This document shows, piece by piece, positions 62,161 through 64,000 of a DNA stretch of 64,000 bases. This DNA comes from a bacterium (GTDB lineage Bacteria; Zhuqueibacterota; Zhuqueibacteria; Oceanimicrobiales; Oceanimicrobiaceae), in NCBI GenBank assembly GCA_046757165.1, contig JBHHXT010000006.1, positions 780-64,779 of the forward strand, in the 5' to 3' direction. Position 1 is the first letter of the stretch, and every line of letters starts with the position of its first letter. The notes under the pieces are model-generated. The model was not told the origin of the DNA. It was given only the letters and a program-made list of their open reading frames with translations, and searched no databases. A program made the position numbers and the translations under genes.

Positions 62161-64000
62161 ATGCTCAAAAAGCTTACCTATTTTTCTATAGACCACCCCA
62201 AAATGGTGATCATCCTCACGCTGATTCTGACGGGCTTGTTTCTATTTCAACTCCCCAGGGCCCATATCGACACCGACCCGGAAAACATGCTGGAAGTGCG
62301 TCAACCCGACCGGGTTTTCTATGACCAAATCAAAAATGAGTTCGGCATTCGAGACCTCATCGTTTTGGGCATTCGTGATGACAGTGGTATCTTTCGAATC
62401 GAGACACTGGAAAAGATTGCCCGTATGACTGATGAAATCTTGAAAATAGAAGGGGTCATCGTCGAAGACGTCATAAGCTTCACGACCACAGACAATGTAA
62501 CTTCCGGGGGTGGGCTACTGCAGGTGCGCCGGATCATGGAGAGGGTGCCTCAGTCAAACGAGGAGCTTGACGCCATCAAAGCAGGCATCTATGATAACCC
62601 GCTTTTTGTGGAGAAAATCGTCTCGAAACAAGGGGACGCCGTAGCCCTTTATATCCCTATTCAGCAAAAGGACATGAGCTACCGCATTTCAAAAGCGATT
62701 GAGTCCATCGTGCAGGAGCAGTTGAGTGAAGGGCAAGATTACTACATTGCCGGTTTGCCGGTGGCGGAGGATACGTTCGGCTTCGAGATGTTCATGCAGA
62801 TGGGCATCCTGGCGCCGCTGATCGGCCTGGTGATCTTTGTCCTGATGTTCCTGTTGTTTCGGAAACTTTCTCTCGTCGTTTCGCCGATGATTGTTGCCAT
62901 GTTCAGCGTGGCCTGGGGTATGGGAGCGTTGATTGGCCTCGGCTTTACGGTGCACATTATGAGCTCCATGATTCCCATCTTCCTCATGCCCATCGCGGTG
63001 CTCGATTCGGTGCACATTTTGAGTGAATTTTACGACCGCTATCCAACGCTACGTGACCGGAAGCAAACGCTCATGGCGGTTACCGACGAACTTTTTGCCC
63101 CCATGTTTTATACTTCGATTACCACGGCTGTTGGATTTGCATCTCTGGCTCTGGCCGATATTCCACCCGTGCGGGTGTTCGGCGCTTTTGTGGCCTTTGG
63201 CGTGATGGCGGCCTGGCTGCTGACCGTGACCTTTGTCCCGGCATCCATCATGCTGATTGGCGAAGAAAAACTTTCGGCCAAGGTTGCCAAAAAAGAAGCA
63301 AAACCGTCCATCCTGGCTACGTTTCTACCCGCGGTCGGACGTTTTGCTTTCGCTCAGAGTCGAGCTGTTGTGTTCGCCGCTGGACTCCTTTTGGCTATTG
63401 GCATCTGGGGTCTCACCAAAATCGTGGTCAATGATAACCCGGTAAATTGGTTCAACAAAGATCACAGAATCCGCGTCGCTGACCGCGTGATGAATCAGCG
63501 CTTCGGCGGCACGTATATGGCGTATTTGTCCGTCGAGGGCCGGCAGCCAGGTGATATGAAACGGCCTGAAGTGATGAGCTACATCAGTGAGCTGCAAGCG
63601 TATCTGGAGCAGAAGGAGGTGGTGGGCAAAACCTCCTCAGTCGTGGATGTCGTGAAACGGATAGGCCAGGTACTCAAAAACGATGGCGAGGCGGCAAGCA
63701 CGATTCCGGTAAGTCAGGAAGAAATCGCCCAGTATTTATTTCTATTTCTGATGTCCGGTGACCCCAACGACCTCGACAACTTCGTGGATTACGATTACCA
63801 GAAGGCGAATATCTGGGTGCAGATGAAACGCGGCGACAACCGGGACATGGAACGAGTGGAGCGGTCGGTTGAGCAATTCATCGGCAAGAACGATCCGCCC
63901 GCAGACATCGAAATCCGCTGGTCCGGTCTTACCCACATCAACAAGGTCTGGCAGGACTTGATGGTCAAAGGCATGCTGAAGGCGGTGCTAGGGGGTTTTG
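62161..64000 (+). CDS. MMPL/RND-superfamily exporter (HpnN-like), N-terminal about 613 aa; continues beyond the window end.
   Basis: My manual translation from the ATG at 62161 is stop-free to 64000. It shows TM1, a large periplasmic loop, a TM cluster (FMQMGILAPLIGLVIFVLMFLLF...VAMFSVAWGMGAL), and a second loop. It is not in the ORF table because no stop falls in the window, and table ORF 62127..62324 is in another frame. Confidence 0.65.
   Translation, partial: MLKKLTYFSIDHPKMVIILTLILTGLFLFQLPRAHIDTDPENMLEVRQPDRVFYDQIKNEFGIRDLIVLGIRDDSGIFRIETLEKIARMTDEILKIEGVIVEDVISFTTTDNVTSGGGLLQVRRIMERVPQSNEELDAIKAGIYDNPLFVEKIVSKQGDAVALYIPIQQKDMSYRISKAIESIVQEQLSEGQDYYIAGLPVAEDTFGFEMFMQMGILAPLIGLVIFVLMFLLFRKLSLVVSPMIVAMFSVAWGMGALIGLGFTVHIMSSMIPIFLMPIAVLDSVHILSEFYDRYPTLRDRKQTLMAVTDELFAPMFYTSITTAVGFASLALADIPPVRVFGAFVAFGVMAAWLLTVTFVPASIMLIGEEKLSAKVAKKEAKPSILATFLPAVGRFAFAQSRAVVFAAGLLLAIGIWGLTKIVVNDNPVNWFNKDHRIRVADRVMNQRFGGTYMAYLSVEGRQPGDMKRPEVMSYISELQAYLEQKEVVGKTSSVVDVVKRIGQVLKNDGEAASTIPVSQEEIAQYLFLFLMSGDPNDLDNFVDYDYQKANIWVQMKRGDNRDMERVERSVEQFIGKNDPPADIEIRWSGLTHINKVWQDLMVKGMLKAVLGGF

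Noticed and set aside
62127-62324. 65-aa table ORF at the start of the MMPL gene.
   Set aside because: It is in a different frame from the stop-free MMPL coding frame that begins at 62161 with a hydrophobic TM helix.

Overview
This is a 64-kb chromosomal window with about 58% GC and no rRNA, tRNA or CRISPR that I can support. It is densely coding, mostly on the + strand, and reads as a core-metabolism neighbourhood of an anaerobe or facultative anaerobe.

Gene content in order:
- TCA entry: isocitrate dehydrogenase and citrate synthase.
- Fatty-acid beta-oxidation set fadE-fadA-fadN of the Bacillus type.
- A diheme c-type cytochrome with a TPR tail, and acetate kinase.
- Housekeeping genes: trxB, nfo, miaB, mtaB, rny, dxs.
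- System I cytochrome c maturation: ccmE (CxxxY variant) and ccmF.
- A complete Rrf2-sufA-sufBCDS-sufU-sufT-sufU2 Fe-S assembly operon, followed by an aquaporin.
- A CoA-pathway block: two crotonases, two aldehyde dehydrogenases, a thiolase, two acyl-CoA dehydrogenases and glutaryl-CoA dehydrogenase.
- A three-subunit molybdenum-hydroxylase-family enzyme whose FAD subunit carries the four-cysteine insertion (C-x15-C-x7-C-x8-C) typical of 4-hydroxybenzoyl-CoA reductase HcrB. A secreted DUF1028 gene sits between its large and FAD subunits.

Two very large genes of unknown function lie on the - strand, and neither appears in the ORF table in its probable true extent:
- A protein of at least 1729 aa at 1..5188, running off the left edge. 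It has an RsbW-like kinase fold, two TM helices with a periplasmic loop, HAMP, a PP2C/SpoIIE phosphatase, a roughly 900-aa acidic low-complexity region containing three 144-bp tandem repeats, and TPR repeats.
- A protein of about 1599 aa at 17431..22230, with an AMP-dependent synthetase core, about 900 aa of uncharacterised sequence, and a GNAT-like C-terminus.

Accessory content:
- An orphan MntA-type nucleotidyltransferase.
- An AbiEii-type toxin-antitoxin pair whose first gene overlaps the thiolase stop codon (TGATG).
- A roughly 55-bp sequence conserved next to both TA loci. One copy is split by a MITE-like insertion with terminal inverted repeats.
- Two families of palindromic intergenic repeats (CGCGAAGG/CTTTGCG type and CACCGAA/TTCGGTG heptamer arrays).
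- A highly structured 240-bp spacer inside the molybdenum-enzyme operon.

Long ORF-table entries antisense to these genes are shadows.
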